64,000 bases of DNA, from NCBI RefSeq assembly GCF_006345805.1, contig NC_043005.1:73842001-73906000 (forward strand), in the 5' to 3' direction. Below are positions 1 to 12,856 of the stretch, in pieces. The DNA comes from Octopus sinensis (lineage: Eukaryota). Positions within the stretch are counted from its first letter, which is position 1. The number at the start of each line of letters is the position of its first letter. Below the pieces are notes generated by a model. The model ran no database searches, had not been told where the DNA came from, and saw nothing but the letters and a program-made list of their open reading frames with translations. A program made the position numbers and the translations under genes.

Positions 1-298
1 AAAGATACTCAGCTAGACTGGCACAAAGGGAAAGGCTGAGTTACCTGCATCAAAGTACCCAGACAGCACCTCCCGTTTCATCAATAGGAAAATTACTTGA
101 CCACTCTATGTTAATAGAGATATTGATGCACAGGTAACCCAATGTAAGATTTTAACAATAGATCAACCACAGCATGATGGGAAAGGCACTTGGAATTGAT
201 TGACCAATTATTGCTCAAGTTTGCTTTGTGTGGCATAAAAACTGTAGTAGAAAAAGTGGTACTCAAAAACTGGACAGGTGTGGCACAAGCTTTCTTCT

Positions 299-310
299 TC
301 ACTCAGTTTT
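299..310 (-). CDS. CENPI: Possible alternative terminal CENP-I exon (KTE*) followed by 3' UTR
   Basis: Clean ttcattttatttcgttttag acceptor, then AAA ACT GAG TGA, in phase 0 with the GTAAGT donor at 2431. Splice signals only. Confidence 0.4.
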   Translation of the reverse strand, partial: KTE

Positions 311-438
311 CTAAAACGAAATAAAATGAAGGAATGGTTTCAATAAATGGCTGTCCAAAACAAGAAGGACATGGTCATAAAGGTTAATCAAAAACTGATT
401 GAATACCCATGGTATTTACCCATGGCATTTACCCATAA

Positions 439-650
439 CCCATTAGCATTCAAATTATCCTGCCAAATGTAATCCTCACTTATTCAATTAATCATACATT
501 ATCTTGTACCTTTGAAATTTCAATGATATGATTGTTTATTTTTAGAATAACATTGAAGGGTCGAAGTGTGAGAGGCTGGATCCCTCACCAGTTTCACTAT
601 AAAACAAGTAGAATTTTGGCGTGGACATGGCTGGTGTGAATGCTAAATGG
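439..650. mobile_element. Degenerate piggyBac-type MITE
   Basis: Ends cccattagcattc / gaatgctaaatgg with ATAA flanks; a related copy lies at ~4697-4892. Confidence 0.55.
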
Positions 651-884
651 ATAATTTACAGAGCTTGAAATATTCAAATATTTAGTAGCAATAACATTAA
701 TAAAATTAGAGGTACAAGAATTGCAAAGTAATGCTGCTTAGTTTTAATTGAAAAGACAAAAAAAAACAGAAAAAAATGCAGGTAAAATATTTACAAAATA
801 GTAAAAACTGGTTGTACTAAAAATTTCAGCTTTTGCTTTCGTTACTGTATTTATAATAAGTTTACTGATTCAACAAATTGATTT

Positions 885-1085
885 AAAAAGCACTGGTGCT
901 GGTGCCATGTAAAAAAGCACCCAGTACACTCTGTAAAGTGCTTGGCATCAGGAAGGGCATCAAACTTTAGGAACCAAGACAAAACAGACTGGTGTGGACC
1001 CTGGACTTGTCAGCTCCTGTCAAGCTGTCCAACCCATAGCAGCAGGGAGAATGAATATTAAATGATGATGATGATGATGATGAAA
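885..1085 (+). mobile_element. Retroposon 3' end with RTE-like (ATG)n tail (family D)
   Basis: aggaagggcatc...ccaacccat...aaatgatgatgat. Related copies at 7740-7925(+), 13560-13830, 20240-20560(-) and 24541-24725(-). Confidence 0.65.
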
Positions 1086-1327
1086 TGGTTAATGAGTGCA
1101 CAGAAATGTGGTTGGTGAATGAATGCAGACAATCTAGGCAACCCTTCAGTTTTAGCTTGTTGAGGAAATGACAACCCCCCTTGTGCTGGTGCCAGTACAA
1201 TGTGTAAAGTAGTGGTGTTAAAAATGACACCCAATCGAAGAAACAATACCATAATTAGAATGTATGAGAAAAGTATCGTCCCCACCTCCACTCCAATCAA
1301 CCTATCTGAAAAAAAAATATGAGATAT

Positions 1328-1499
1328 AGGCGCAGGAGTGGCTGTGTGGTAAGTAGCTTGTTTACGAACCATATAGTTCATGGTTCAGTCCCACTGCATG
1401 GCACTTTGGGCAAGTGTCTTCTACTATAGCCTTGGGCCGACCAAAGCCTTGTAACTGGATTTGGTAGATGGAAACTGAAAGAAGCCCATCGTATATATG

Positions 1500-1530
<31 letters not shown>

Positions 1531-1740
1531 ATGTTTGTGTGTCTGTGTTTGTCCTAGCATTGCTTGACAACCGATGCTGGTGTGTTTACATCCCCGTCAC
1601 TTAGCGGTTCGGCAAAAGACCCCAATAGAATAAGTACTAGGCTTACAAAGAATAAGTCCTGGGGCCGATTTTCTCGACTAAAGGCAGTGCTCCAGCATGG
1701 CCGCAGTCAAATGACTGAAACAAGTAAAAGAGTAAAGAGT
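1328..1740 (+). mobile_element. tRNA-derived SINE, family A (internal TA/TG microsatellite, gtaaagag tail)
   Basis: aggagtggctgtgtggtaag head with degenerate A/B boxes; many near-identical copies in the window. Confidence 0.85.
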
Positions 1741-1943
1741 AGATCAATGAAGGGAGAGACACCCCACAACTTCACCCTTCCTTTAATCGTTCTCCTTTAG
1801 TCAATTGCAGTGTACGCTTTGTCCCTATATATATATATATATGTGTTTGTGTGTGTGCCTGTATGTATGTATGCCCAAAACATAGATATGAATATGAATG
1901 TTCACAAATACATATCCATATATGGGAATGTTTAAAAATAAAA

Positions 1944-2107
1944 GAGTGGCTGTGTGGTAAGTAGCTTGCTAACCAACCACATGGTTTCGGGTTCAGTCCC
2001 ACTGCGTGGCATCTTGGGCAAGTGTCTTCTGCTATGGCCCCGGGCCGACCAATGCCTTGTGAGTGGATTTGGTAGACGGAAACTGAAAGAAGCCTGTCGT
2101 ATATATG

Positions 2108-2140
<33 letters not shown>

Positions 2141-2340
2141 TTGTGTGTCTGTGTTTGTCCCCCTATGCTGGTGTGTTTACGTCCCCGTCACTTAGCGGTT
2201 CGGCAAAAGAGACCGATAGAATAAGTACTGGGCTTACAAAGAATAAGTCCCTGGGTCGATTTGCTCGACTAAAGGCGGTGCTCCAGCATGGCCGCAGTCA
2301 AATGACTGAAACAAGTAAAGGAGTAAAGAGTAAAGAGTAA
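1944..2340 (+). mobile_element. SINE family A
   Basis: Near-identical to 1328-1740. Confidence 0.85.
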
Positions 2341-2410
2341 GGGAAAAAAATCGAACACTGATGACCCAAACAGATGCCCCAGTATATATTAAGGTGTTTG
2401 TGAGCAGTTA

Positions 2411-2533
2411 TTAAGAAGACGAGAAACTTACTGTTTGCAAATCTAACCGAGAATCAATGAACCGTGAAATGAAATCAGTTAAACCTCCCAATTCTTGATC
2501 ACGCAGAAACTGGAAATAACCTTTACGGTTTTT
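2411..2533 (-). CDS. CENPI: CENP-I last or penultimate exon (KNRKGYFQFLRDQELGGLTDFISRFIDSRLDLQTVSFSSS*)
   Basis: tttttacag acceptor. Matches the CENP-I terminal YL..L....L.GL..FI helix. Stop TAA at 2411-2413; an internal GTAAGT donor after 2432 could be used instead. Confidence 0.85.
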   Translation of the reverse strand, partial: KNRKGYFQFLRDQELGGLTDFISRFIDSRLDLQTVSFSSS

Positions 2534-3774
2534 CTGTAAAAAAAGAGAAAAAAAGGAGATTTCAGAATAGCTAGTTGGATTATTTTTGGCTAAAGAACTG
2601 AAGATGTGACACATAATATTGGTAATAACAGAGAGTAATTTTGTTGATGAAGGTCAACCCACACCAAAAATCAATAGATATTTGATGTTTTAACTGTAGA
2701 TTATATTCTTCCTATATCCAGAAGTATTCCAACCGTGGCCATCACAACTTTCAAAGGTACCTAAGTTACGATATATTCTTTAGGATGTGATCTGAAGGGG
2801 GCTTTGGCTACTATTCTTAGCAAGTTGAGCATGGAGAAACTTCCTCATCAATTCATTCCATTGTAATAATAGTTTCAAGTTTGGGCACAAGGCCAGCAAT
2901 TTCATGGAAGGGGATAAGTCGATTACATCAACACCAGTGTTCAACCGGTATTAATTTTATTGATTTTGAAAAGATGAAAGACAAAGGTGACCTTGGCAGA
3001 ACTTGAACTCACAATACAGAGCTTGACGAAATGCTGCTAAGAAATTTGCTCGGTGTGATAACAGTTCTGCTAGTTCACCACTTTGCATTCCATTATAATA
3101 ATGAAAATAAATAACAAACTTATTGCATACAATGCTCAGGTGCTCTACAATTCATCAGAAAATGTAACCAAAAGTGCATGAACAGTACACAGAATGCAGA
3201 GCAAGTGAACAGCGAATGAGTGATTTAAGAAACAACAGAAAGATGGGGAGCGAGGAGCATTAAGTGTATTGCTGGCAAATATCAGGAAGTCTGGAAGTTT
3301 TGAAAGATGTAGTGTTACGATATATTGGGTCATCCCATAAATAATGTGGGGGTTTTTTTTCTGTGTTTGGGTTTTATTAAAGAATAATGGCACTTTTCTT
3401 TGATGTTCAACATAAGATAGAGGAAAGAAATGGTTAAAAGATTTAAAAACGAATTTAACTGATATCAATTAATCCAAAGCTGAGAAATCAAGTAAATAAA
3501 GCATTTTAAACTCAACAAACTACAAATGAAAAGAATTAAACAAGGTTTCTTATTTTAGACAGACAGACAGACAGAGATAGACAGATAGAGAGGTAGAATG
3601 ATAAACAGACAGGCAGATATGACAGAGAGACACATAGACAGATGGATTGTAAAGCATTTGTGATAAATAATCAAAACTCAAAAAAGGCCAAAATACACAA
3701 CTTTCTTCACAGTCAAAAAGTGTCATTCTGATGGAACTCCAGCATTCCAACAATAATTTGATAAATACTTAAGG

Positions 3775-4170
3775 TGGCAAGCTGCCACAAACATTAACAT
3801 GCTGGGCGAAATGCTCAGCAGTATTTTGGCTGTCTTTATGTTCTGAGTTCAAATTCTGCCAAGGTCGACTTTGCCTTTCATCCTTTCGGGGTTGATTAAA
3901 TAAGTACCAGTTACACACTGGGTCGATGTAATCGACTTAATCCGTTTGTCTGTCCTTGTTTGTCTCCTCTGTGTTTAACCCCTTGTGGGTAGTAAAGAAA
4001 TAGGTATTTTGATTGTCTTTATGTTCTGAGTTCAAATTCAGCCAAGGCTGACTTTGTCTTTCGTCTTTCAAGGTCGATAATTAAGTACCAGTTGCGTACT
4101 GGAGCCGATCTAATAGACAGCCACCCACCTTCTCCAAAAATTTTCGGGCCTTATTCCTAGAGTAGAAAAG
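3775..4170 (+). mobile_element. SINE family B with an appended second body
   Basis: gttctgagttcaaattc B-box; gtaaagaaatag|gtattt junction at ~3995-4005. Confidence 0.75.
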
Positions 4171-4191
4171 AATAATTTGATAAATACTTAC

Positions 4192-4230
4192 TCGTATCAA
4201 TGAAGGATGCTGTCGGCTCTGGGGCATTTC
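4192..4230 (-). CDS. CENPI: CENP-I small exon (EMPQSRQHPSLIR)
   Basis: tctcctcag acceptor, gtaagt donor, 39 nt, phase 0-0. Confidence 0.8.
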
Positions 4231-5899
4231 CTGAGGAGAGAGAAAAGACAAAAACATTTTGATATTAGTATCTTGAAAATCAAAAGGTTGTATATATATA
4301 CTTATTTCTGATTGTTGAATTGTAGTTCTCTGGTTAAATGTCATTTAAATATTGCTGTAAGAAAACTCCAGTTTCAATTTCATAGATACCATTAGAAGAG
4401 TCCACTTTGCTACAAGTATTCAGGTCCCTGGCCTCTGATATGAGAATAACCTCCACCCTATAAAGCTCAGAGTCCCTGAAAATGCTCAGAGTCACTACTC
4501 TTCCTGTCTTGACAAGAGAGAGGGGGGGAGAGAGAGAGAGAGAGATTCCATGTCTTTTATAAAATGGTACACTAGTTTAGCATAGAAAGAACTGGTATCT
4601 GTTTTTTCAGTCAGCCAGAACCAAAGTGTAGAATAAAGAAAGACAAATAATTAAATACTAATTAACTGATTGAATGCCCATGACATTTACCTTTAACCCT
4701 TTGGCATTCAGATTACTCTCTCTCTCTCATATGTTTTCCCTCTCTCTCTCTCTCTCGTATGTAATGTGTATTTATTCACCTTGTTTGGACCTTATGTATT
4801 ATCACGTAGCTTTGATGTAATTGTATATTTTTAGAATGGCATTGGAGAGTAGGTGTGAGAGGCTGGATCTGGCCAGTATAAATGTTAAAGAGATAATATA
4901 TATAAAAAAAGGACGATCAAGGCCCAAACACTTTTGACCACCGGCTGACCTAGGGTTAAACAACAGTTAACTTATTGAATACTGATTAAGGCAGCAGCAA
5001 AGGTTAAAAGATAGACTGGCTGAAGGAATGAGAAAGGAATTTATTAAAGAAAAACAAAACACCTTTCTGGTTATTGCAGGTGAATAAATTAATAAATTAA
5101 AATTAAATGAGAATAAAAGGAAGAGGAGGAGAGGGAAACAATGAGTAAAGAAAGCTGGGGGAGTGTTGGATGTTATCTTAGTAGTAGCATTTCCATTAGT
5201 TTATTGTGCCAAGGAAAAAATATTTTGCCTCTTACGGAGAGCGTGTATGTTCCGGTTAATTTATGTGTTTATTGGAATGTGATTGGTATGTGGCAGGACA
5301 ACTGAGTTAATTACTCTATCAAAGTAATATTCCAAGGAAACATTCTTGCTTCCACTCACCAGAAATAGCAAAGGAATAAAGAAAGATGATGAAAAGAATC
5401 CGAAATATGCAAATATATTCCTGTAAACAACACAGAATAATGCAGGTGAAATGCATTATTAATAGATTAAAATATTAATAAAAGAATGGTAAGTATTAGA
5501 AGAATGGTAGATAAAAAATTTCAGACCTTCAAAGTACATGAAGTCCATGAAACTTTATGCAAAATAATTGTTCCTGTTCTTTAGCTCAACATGAAGCCTA
5601 GAATGAAAGGCACTCCAGTTGTGACCATCCCAACACATTATTTGACATTGTGCCAGAGAAGGAAATAATAGATACCACATCTATTAAACAACAGAAAGGT
5701 AGGCTTAATTATAAGAAAATTATATTTGTTTACTTGTTTCACTTATAGGATACTGGCCAGACAGGGGCATTGCCCTTAAGGGTTTCAGGCAAGTATACCA
5801 ATCCAAGTACTTTGGGACTTGTTGATCTCATGAAAAACAAAAGCCAAGTTGTCCTTGACGGGAAAGAAGACGTTTGTAACTCAGTCATAACTAAAAACC

Positions 5900-6190
5900 G
5901 CAAGGTATGGTAGTTTGCTGCACTGATTTCAGGCCTCCTACTTTTTGAAATGGAATAAGGAAACTGATTGAAGCTTTCAAAGATATTAGCTGCTGCATGT
6001 TTTTTCTAAATTAAATTTCTTATAATCACACATAGATCTTTCCTGAAAATCTTGGTGCACTGATACACAAGGAGAATTTTTACCAGGAAGATTGATATCA
6101 AGGATTCTGGAATGAAATTATGATGGCAGACTATTGTTGAATGTTAATTGGTGATGACACAAATTCCAATTACATATTTTTAATTGTGAA
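5900..6190 (+). pseudogene. Decayed DNA-transposase fragment (probably Chapaev-3-like)
   Basis: Broken frames give LIEAFKDISCCM...FPENLGA...FYQ...MADYC, resembling the FPENLGAVSDEQGERFHQ...LADYCW motif. Superfamily assignment is from memory. Confidence 0.5.
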
Positions 6191-6330
6191 TATGTAAACA
6201 GTAACGGTTTTTTTTGTTGGTTGTAGTAATATTTCGAAGTACAATCACAGAGAAGAAATTAAATTTTATAGAATGAGTGGTGGGAGAACAAGAAATTGTG
6301 AATAAAGAGAGAGAGAGAGAGATAACCAAC

Positions 6331-6601
6331 CTTTCTCAGGTATAACAGTGCATGTCCTAAGAACGCTTGGTGATGTAACAAGGATAAAGATGAATTCACA
6401 GATTTGCTACGAATTCCAGGTATGGAGAAGATATCAAAATCAAACAAAATGGAATCAGAAGTTTGTTGTGCAGTATCAAAAGCTTTGTAATGCCAAAGAG
6501 CATTGCAGACATCTAAAACATACACATTCAACTTTTTAATGTGTTTGTCAAGTTTATAGGGTGTCTGAAGCTTCTTTAAGTTCTGGAACACACTCGAGTA
6601 A
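6331..6601 (-). CDS. CENPI: CENP-I exon (YSSVFQNLKK...LDVCNALW...SLSLLHHQAFLGHALLYLRK)
   Basis: Long pyrimidine tract with cag acceptor, gttggt donor, 271 nt, phase 2-0. LW..K.F and NSL...HH.AFL..A motifs are characteristic of the CENP-I C-terminus. Confidence 0.92.
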
Positions 6602-6699
6602 CTGGAAGAAGAAAAGAAGAAATGAATGAATATATATATATAGTGCGCCATTTTATATTTTCAATTTTGTGCATACACATTATTTGCTTTAGATTTTGT

Positions 6700-7336
6700 C
6701 GACTACACAGTATAGTAGGGTCAGTTGAGCACCGTCTGTGAGAAAAACAGCACCATGACGCAATTCACTCTGCTAGAAATTTGGAAATGACATGCTGTGC
6801 TGTTTGGCATTCGCACCAGAAGCTCCAATACGTACATTTCAGAATATTTGGGTATCAATATGAGAACATGTACCAAGAGTGATAAAAATCAAACATCCAG
6901 TCAATATCATGGTGTTTGGAATGATCACTAGTGATGGCAACATTATGCTTCCATTCATCTTCCCACACGGCCTCAGACTCAACAGGGAGGCCTACATCAA
7001 GTGTCTGGAGGAGGGAGTGCTGCTCTGGGTCAAGAGGGTGGCTGCTGGAGGACCTTATGTCTGGCAATAGGACTCTGCACCAAACCACATAGGCAGGAGA
7101 ACCCAGTTGTGGCTGTCAGACAATTTCTGCAACCACATCATTCCTAACATCTGGCCACCTAACTCGCCAGACTGCAATCCTCTTGATTGTTATGTGTGGG
7201 GTGCAGTTAAGCAAGAGACCAACAAAACTCCTTGTAACACCAAAAATGAACTGAAGACAAGGATTATGGGACCATTCAGCAACTTAAACAAGGAGACTGT
7301 CCAGAAGATTTGCAAGAGATTCCGAAGTCACCTTCG
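6700..7336 (+). mobile_element. Internally deleted Tc1/mariner maT (DD37D) transposon relic
   Basis: KHPVNIMVFG...WQ*DSAP...WPPNSPDCNPLDCYVWG, with 37 residues between the last two Asp; in-frame stop. Confidence 0.85.
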
Positions 7337-8099
7337 ATAATATATTCCAGGGTGCATAATTCATCCTTTATCTTTTACTTGTTTCTCTGATAAGCTGGAA
7401 CTCACACAGCACCGGAGCAACAGAAAATGAAGTGTTTAGCTCAACAACACAACATACTTCCAGGACCAGGAATTGAACCCACGATCTGGTGATTGTGAGT
7501 GCAATACCCAAACCACTAGGCCATCACATAAACTACCAACAATTCTTGCTGGTAAGAACAAAGAATTCTACAATGGATGAACTTCAAAGGAATGCTCTAG
7601 TCCAATGGTAGAACATCTATCATGTTAACAAAAGAAGTGGATTCAAGTCCCATAGGTAGCCTGGGGCTTTTTTCATCCAAATCATTTTTTAACTTAGTAT
7701 TTACACATAATTATTAACAGCTTTATCTATTTTGAATTCGAGCTGGTGCCATGTAAAAAGCACTCGATACACACTGTAAGGTAGTTGGCACTAAGAAGGG
7801 CATCCAGCCATAGAGATCTTGCCAAAACAGACGACTGATACTTGGTGCAGCTCGCAGGCTTGCCGAATACTGTCAAACTGTCCAACCCATGCCAGCATAG
7901 AAAACGGACACTAAATGACGATGATGTATTCCACTGTTTTTAAAACATTTATATAGCTTAAATAAATAGAAACAACCCTACAATGAGAATAGAAAATAAT
8001 TAGATTATAAAAACAAAATACACACAAACACAGATAATAAAATTCCTACAAGCAATTCTGAGCATCAGCAGAAACATGAAAGGATTTAGTGGAACTTAC

Positions 8100-8224
8100 T
8101 CTAAGATGATACGGCACAAACGTGAAATAACTGTACACTGATTAGAGACAATGAGGCGACTGACAAATGCTGGTGATGGAATGGTCAATAATGGGAAGTT
8201 GGTGTTCAGAACGGTTATTAGCAA
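8100..8224 (-). CDS. CENPI: CENP-I exon (LLITVLNTNFPLLTIPSPAF...ISRLCRIIL)
   Basis: ctttccacag acceptor, gtaagt donor, 125 nt, phase 0-2. Matches CENP-I ..LPLVVLFPP....L.QLC.I..Y. Confidence 0.88.
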
Positions 8225-8389
8225 CTGTGGAAAGAAAGGAGTTATTACATAGAGAAAACAGATGACTTATTATGCATTTAGTGTATGAGAGAGAAGGAAA
8301 AAATGATGTCATGATAGGCATACTTTCTAGGGATGTTTTGCTAAATTTTGTAAGAGAACTGTAACAAGCTACAAGTGAAAACTGATACT

Positions 8390-9180
8390 AGACCTAATAT
8401 TGGTTTCAAATTTTGGCACAAGGCCAGCAATTTTGGGGGAGGGGTAAGTTGATAATATCAATCCCAGTGTTCAACTGGTCCTTGTTTTATTAACCCTGAA
8501 AGAGGCAAAGTGACCTCAGCAGAATTTGAACTCAGAATGTAAAGATGGACATAGTGTTGCAAAGTATTTTTCTTGGCATGCTAACAATTCTGCCACCTTG
8601 CCACCTTCAAATCAAGACCTAATATAACAGCTACCCTAAAAGAATGAAAAGCAGAGACCTCAGCAGAATTTGAACCAACAACATTTTGTCCGTCTTTACG
8701 CTTTAAGCATTTTGCCAGGCATGCAAACAATTCTGCCAGTTCGCCACCTTCAAATCTAGACCTAATATTGGTTTCAAATTTTGGCACAAGGCCACCAATT
8801 TTGAGGGAGAAGGTAAGTTGATAACAGCTACCCTGAAAGAATGAAAAGCAGAGAGACCCCAGCAGAATCTGAACTCAACAACATTTTGTCTGTCTTTACG
8901 CTTTAAGCATTTTGCCAGGCATGCTAACAATTCTGCCAGTTCGCCACCTTCAAAGCTAGACCTGATATTGGTTTCAAATTTTGGCACAAGGCCACCAATT
9001 CTGGGAGAGGGGTAAGTTGATTACATCGACCCTAGTTCTCAACTGGTACATATTTAACTTCCTTAAAAGGATGAAAGGCAATGTTGACCTCAAGCGAATT
9101 TGAACTCACACTGTAAAGACGGATGAAATGTTAGTAAATATTTTGCCCAGCATACGATTCTGTCAGCTTGCCGCCTTAAC
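8390..9180 (-). repeat. Tandem array of ~4 older family-B-like SINE units with duplicated flank
   Basis: accttcaaa(tc/gc)(a/t)agacc...tattggtttcaaattttggcacaagg recurs at ~8400, 8760 and 8960, with a deleted unit at 8610. Confidence 0.8.
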
Positions 9181-10209
9181 TAGACATAACATCGGTAAAC
9201 TATGACATTGGTTCTTATCTATTTACATTTAACAATATTAAGTGCAAACAAATATTAGAAATACACTTCTTGATATTTCCCTCAAAGGTAGCTAAATGGG
9301 TGTAAGTATGGCTGCATAGCTCAGACATTCAATTTCTCAATCCTATGATTGCAGGTTCGATATCTGAGTCCAGAGCACCTTGGACGAGTGTCTACTTATG
9401 AAATGTTTGTGATATGTCCAGCATTATGACAACATATTTCGTTGTCTGTATGACTGGCCAGAACAGTGTACCTCGCTGACTGACACCACTTACTGAGTCT
9501 GTCCACTATTTATTAGTGGTGGACCAGCCCACTTCTCACCTGGGGGTGTTCACAACACCTCCCCGCTTTGAGAATTTTCTTTTTTTTATCTTCTTTCAAT
9601 ACAACATTATTTATTTTTTTCAAACCAAAAATATTTTTCTCTTCTTATTTAGATTTTTTCTTGTTCCACACAGAATTATATATATATTTTTCTCTTTCAA
9701 CACAACATTATTTTTTCAGAATTATTTTTCTCTTCTTAGATCTTTTTCTTGTTTCACACAGAACCATATTTTTTTTTCTTCAAACTGCCACAGGTAGTAC
9801 CAGTCTACATTATTTACTGGTAACGCTACTACACATATAGCGAACGGACATATATTATTTCTCACTGTGTGTAGTTCAGATCTGTGTTAGAGTTCCAGTT
9901 TTATCAGACACTTTTTCCTTCAGAATTTATTTTTTTATAATTTTTACTGTGTGTATATTACTTTTCACTGTGTGAAGTTCAAATCCCACCTCGGGATTTA
10001 TAACATATTTTATCATCCACATGACTCGACCAAACAGTGTACCTCGCTGACTGACACCACTGTCTAATTCCACTGACAGATCTTGAGTTGATTTGAAGCT
10101 ATGGTAAAAAATGCTTAAACTGCCATGCAGTAGGACTGAACTCAAAAAAATGCAACAGTGAAGCAAACTTCTTAACCACAAGGCTAACAAAAGATTGATA
10201 GTTTTCTTT

Positions 10210-10620
10210 TCTTATTTCTTTACTGCCCACAAGGGGCAACACACAGAGGGGACAAACAAGGACAAACGGATTAAGTTGATTATATCGACCCCAGTGTGTA
10301 ACTGGTACTTATTTAACCGACTCCAGGTGGATTAAAGGCAAAGTTGACCTCGGCGGAATGTGAACCCAGAATGTAAGGACAGATGAAACACCTGTTTCTT
10401 TACTACCCACAAGGGGCCACAGAGGGTACAAACAAGGACAGACACACGGATTAAGTCGACTACATCGACTCCAGTGCGTAACTGGTACTTATTTAATCGA
10501 CCCTGAAAGGATGAAAGGCAAAGTTGACCTTGGCGGAATTTGAACTCAGAACGTAGCGGCAGGTGAAATACCGTTAAGCATTTCGCCCAGCGTACTAACG
10601 TTTCTGCCAGCTTGCCACCG
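10210..10620 (-). mobile_element. SINE family B, head plus two bodies
   Basis: Two cccacaagggg...ggattaag...gaactc bodies and one head at the right end. Confidence 0.8.
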
Positions 10621-10771
10621 TCTCTCTTCTGTGCAGTGTTACTATCTCACAAAAGACAGTTTGCTTTGGTCTTTAATAAAAATTCAGCCATTATGAAGTG
10701 GAAAACAAAAACTAGATTTCAAGCAATATCTTTTGTAAATATGTTCCAATAAACAAAGACAGTAGGCTTAC

Positions 10772-10925
10772 TTGTTCTTGGAACCATAGGCAGAAATGTA
10801 CCATTATCGCATGGTCATCCTCACAGAGTAATCCCAGGAGGCAGAGTTCATCAATGAAGTCAATAAGCTTCTTGAACTCAATATGAGCTTGAAAATCATC
10901 AAAATCACCTTGAAAGAAACTGAAC
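10772..10925 (-). CDS. CENPI: CENP-I exon (FSFFQGD...KLIDFIDELCLLGL...HFCLWFQEQ)
   Basis: ttttcag acceptor, gtaagc donor, 154 nt, phase 2-0. Matches CENP-I KLI.YV...L....LLHFILDFYE. Confidence 0.88.
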
Positions 10926-11417
10926 CTGAAAAACGAGAAATACTATATATATGTGGCTGTATGTGGGTATACATACTTACAAGCACAGATACAAATACAC
11001 AAACGTACATACATACTTACAAATACACATAGATACATACACACACAAAGACAAATACACTCACACATATACATAGATGAGTGAGTAGACAAAGAAGCAC
11101 ATAACATATTTGGTGGGAATAGATATATTAGTATTTGATTCAGTCCCATATAACCTGAAAGTTTTGTAGACTTGTCACTTGAGCATATCTGTGCTTCTAC
11201 ACTTTCCCTACAGAGTTTATTTATTTCTTCTTTTGTTCTGACCCTTTATCTGTCCCTCTCTTGTCCTACAGAACTTTTTCGTTTTCCTTTATGTTACTCC
11301 ATATTTGTTGGTTTTTTGGGATATATGTAAAATTATTATAATTGTTTTATTTTGTCATTGTCCCGTACATTCGTTAGTTATTTCCAGTGGCTTAAAAATC
11401 CAACAATTGTATGTTAA

Positions 11418-11635
11418 CCCTTTCGTTACTGTATTTTTTGAGATACTCTGTTTCTTTCAATCATTTTTAAATATAACAAAGAATTTAGTAAAATAACTAA
11501 GTTATCATTCAGCGAGTGTTAGGAATATAAATTGAGACTAAGGTTTGGTGAAAGATTTTAATTCAAAACTTATGAAAACAAGACATTTGTACTACAGAGC
11601 CAGAGCCAGTTTTGGCCGGGTTGGTATCAAAAGGG
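11418..11635. mobile_element. piggyBac-type MITE with TTAA target-site duplication
   Basis: TTAA|ccctttcg ... aaaaggg|TTAA; a homologous copy lies at 56448-56667. Confidence 0.85.
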
Positions 11636-12014
11636 TTAATGCAATTAAAACAATTGTCGGATTTTTAAGGTAAGATCTAAAATAAGGATATGATTTTCTT
11701 CATACATTTTATTTGTTGTCGTTAATATTCTGAATTTTTTAAAATTTGATAAAAGGATTATTGGATTTACCTGTCGTGCATGAGGATTTACCTGGGGTCT
11801 GTATTCTACTTAACCATTTTCTTTTATATTGAGTCTTTAATTGATATCTGCCAGGTTTTTTTAAAATCCCATTTTTCTTCTAATTATATATATTGATATA
11901 TATAAATATATATATATATACATACAGACAGACATATAAAAGCAAAGCATATAGGTGCAGAAATAAGGTGGGAAATATAGCAGTGAGACAATAAAAGGCA
12001 GAGTAAAATATAGC

Positions 12015-12170
12015 ATGGTTTAGTGGTTAGAGTGTTGCACTCAGGATAGCTAGATCCCGGGTTCAAATCCCAAACTGCATTGGGGTCTTGAGCAAAACAC
12101 TTCATTTCATGCTACTCCAGATCACTCAGCTGTGAACGGGTAACCTTGCAACAGGTTAGGCCTTCCAGTC
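12015..12170 (+). mobile_element. tRNA-derived SINE with CORE-like domain (family C)
   Basis: tggtttagtggttagag...ggttcaaatccc...tcttgagcaaaacacttcatttca. Related copies at 7395-7530(-), 35625-35850(+), 46390-46695(-), 48105-48360(+) and 54125-54440(-). Confidence 0.75.
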
Positions 12171-12740
12171 AGAGGGAATGATGCCAGCAGGGTGGTATCA
12201 TTCAAAAGCTGAAAAAGTGCACTGTGTGCAGTGGTGTATAACAACATCCAGTAGTCTGGTTGATCACACAATTTCACAATTATAGCTGAAAGACTTCAAC
12301 TAAAGTAAACCCAAAATAGACTCAGTGGGATGTGATTGCAATGTAGAAGATTGTGAGGGACAGAACAGGTAAAGCAGCTAATGATGATTTGTTCATGAAA
12401 AGCCTAATTATGAACTCGTTCAGCTACTCTTAACAATCAGATGGGTTTCCTCAAGAAAATGTTCAGCCCCAGTTCAAGAAGACATATGATCAAATACATT
12501 CTGGCTATTATGATCCTCTCTTTTTTTTTTCTTCTGTCAGACATAGTTTACCTAGGATTACATCACTGAACATGTCCTTCCTTCTGTTTCTTTTCTAAGA
12601 CAGCAGGGTCTTTCCCCTTAATCCTCCACTAATTCATTCACACACAAATGCATAAAAATGTTTAACAATAAAGCATTCAACAACACCGATAACAGAGAAC
12701 AAAAAAAAATAGAAAGAAAGAAAGAAGGAAGAATAGATAC

Positions 12741-12856
12741 TCATGTTCCACTGCAATAACACTCTTGGTGGTCTTTGATTTCCTTAACAAATGAAGATGG
12801 TGCCATTTATTTATATAATTGGTGACTAGTTCTGTCAGTGTTATTAGAATCCGGCA
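12741..12856 (-). CDS. CENPI: CENP-I exon (CRILITLTELVTNYINKW...IAVEH)
   Basis: ttttattcag acceptor, gtatct donor, 116 nt, phase 0-2. Confidence 0.85.
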
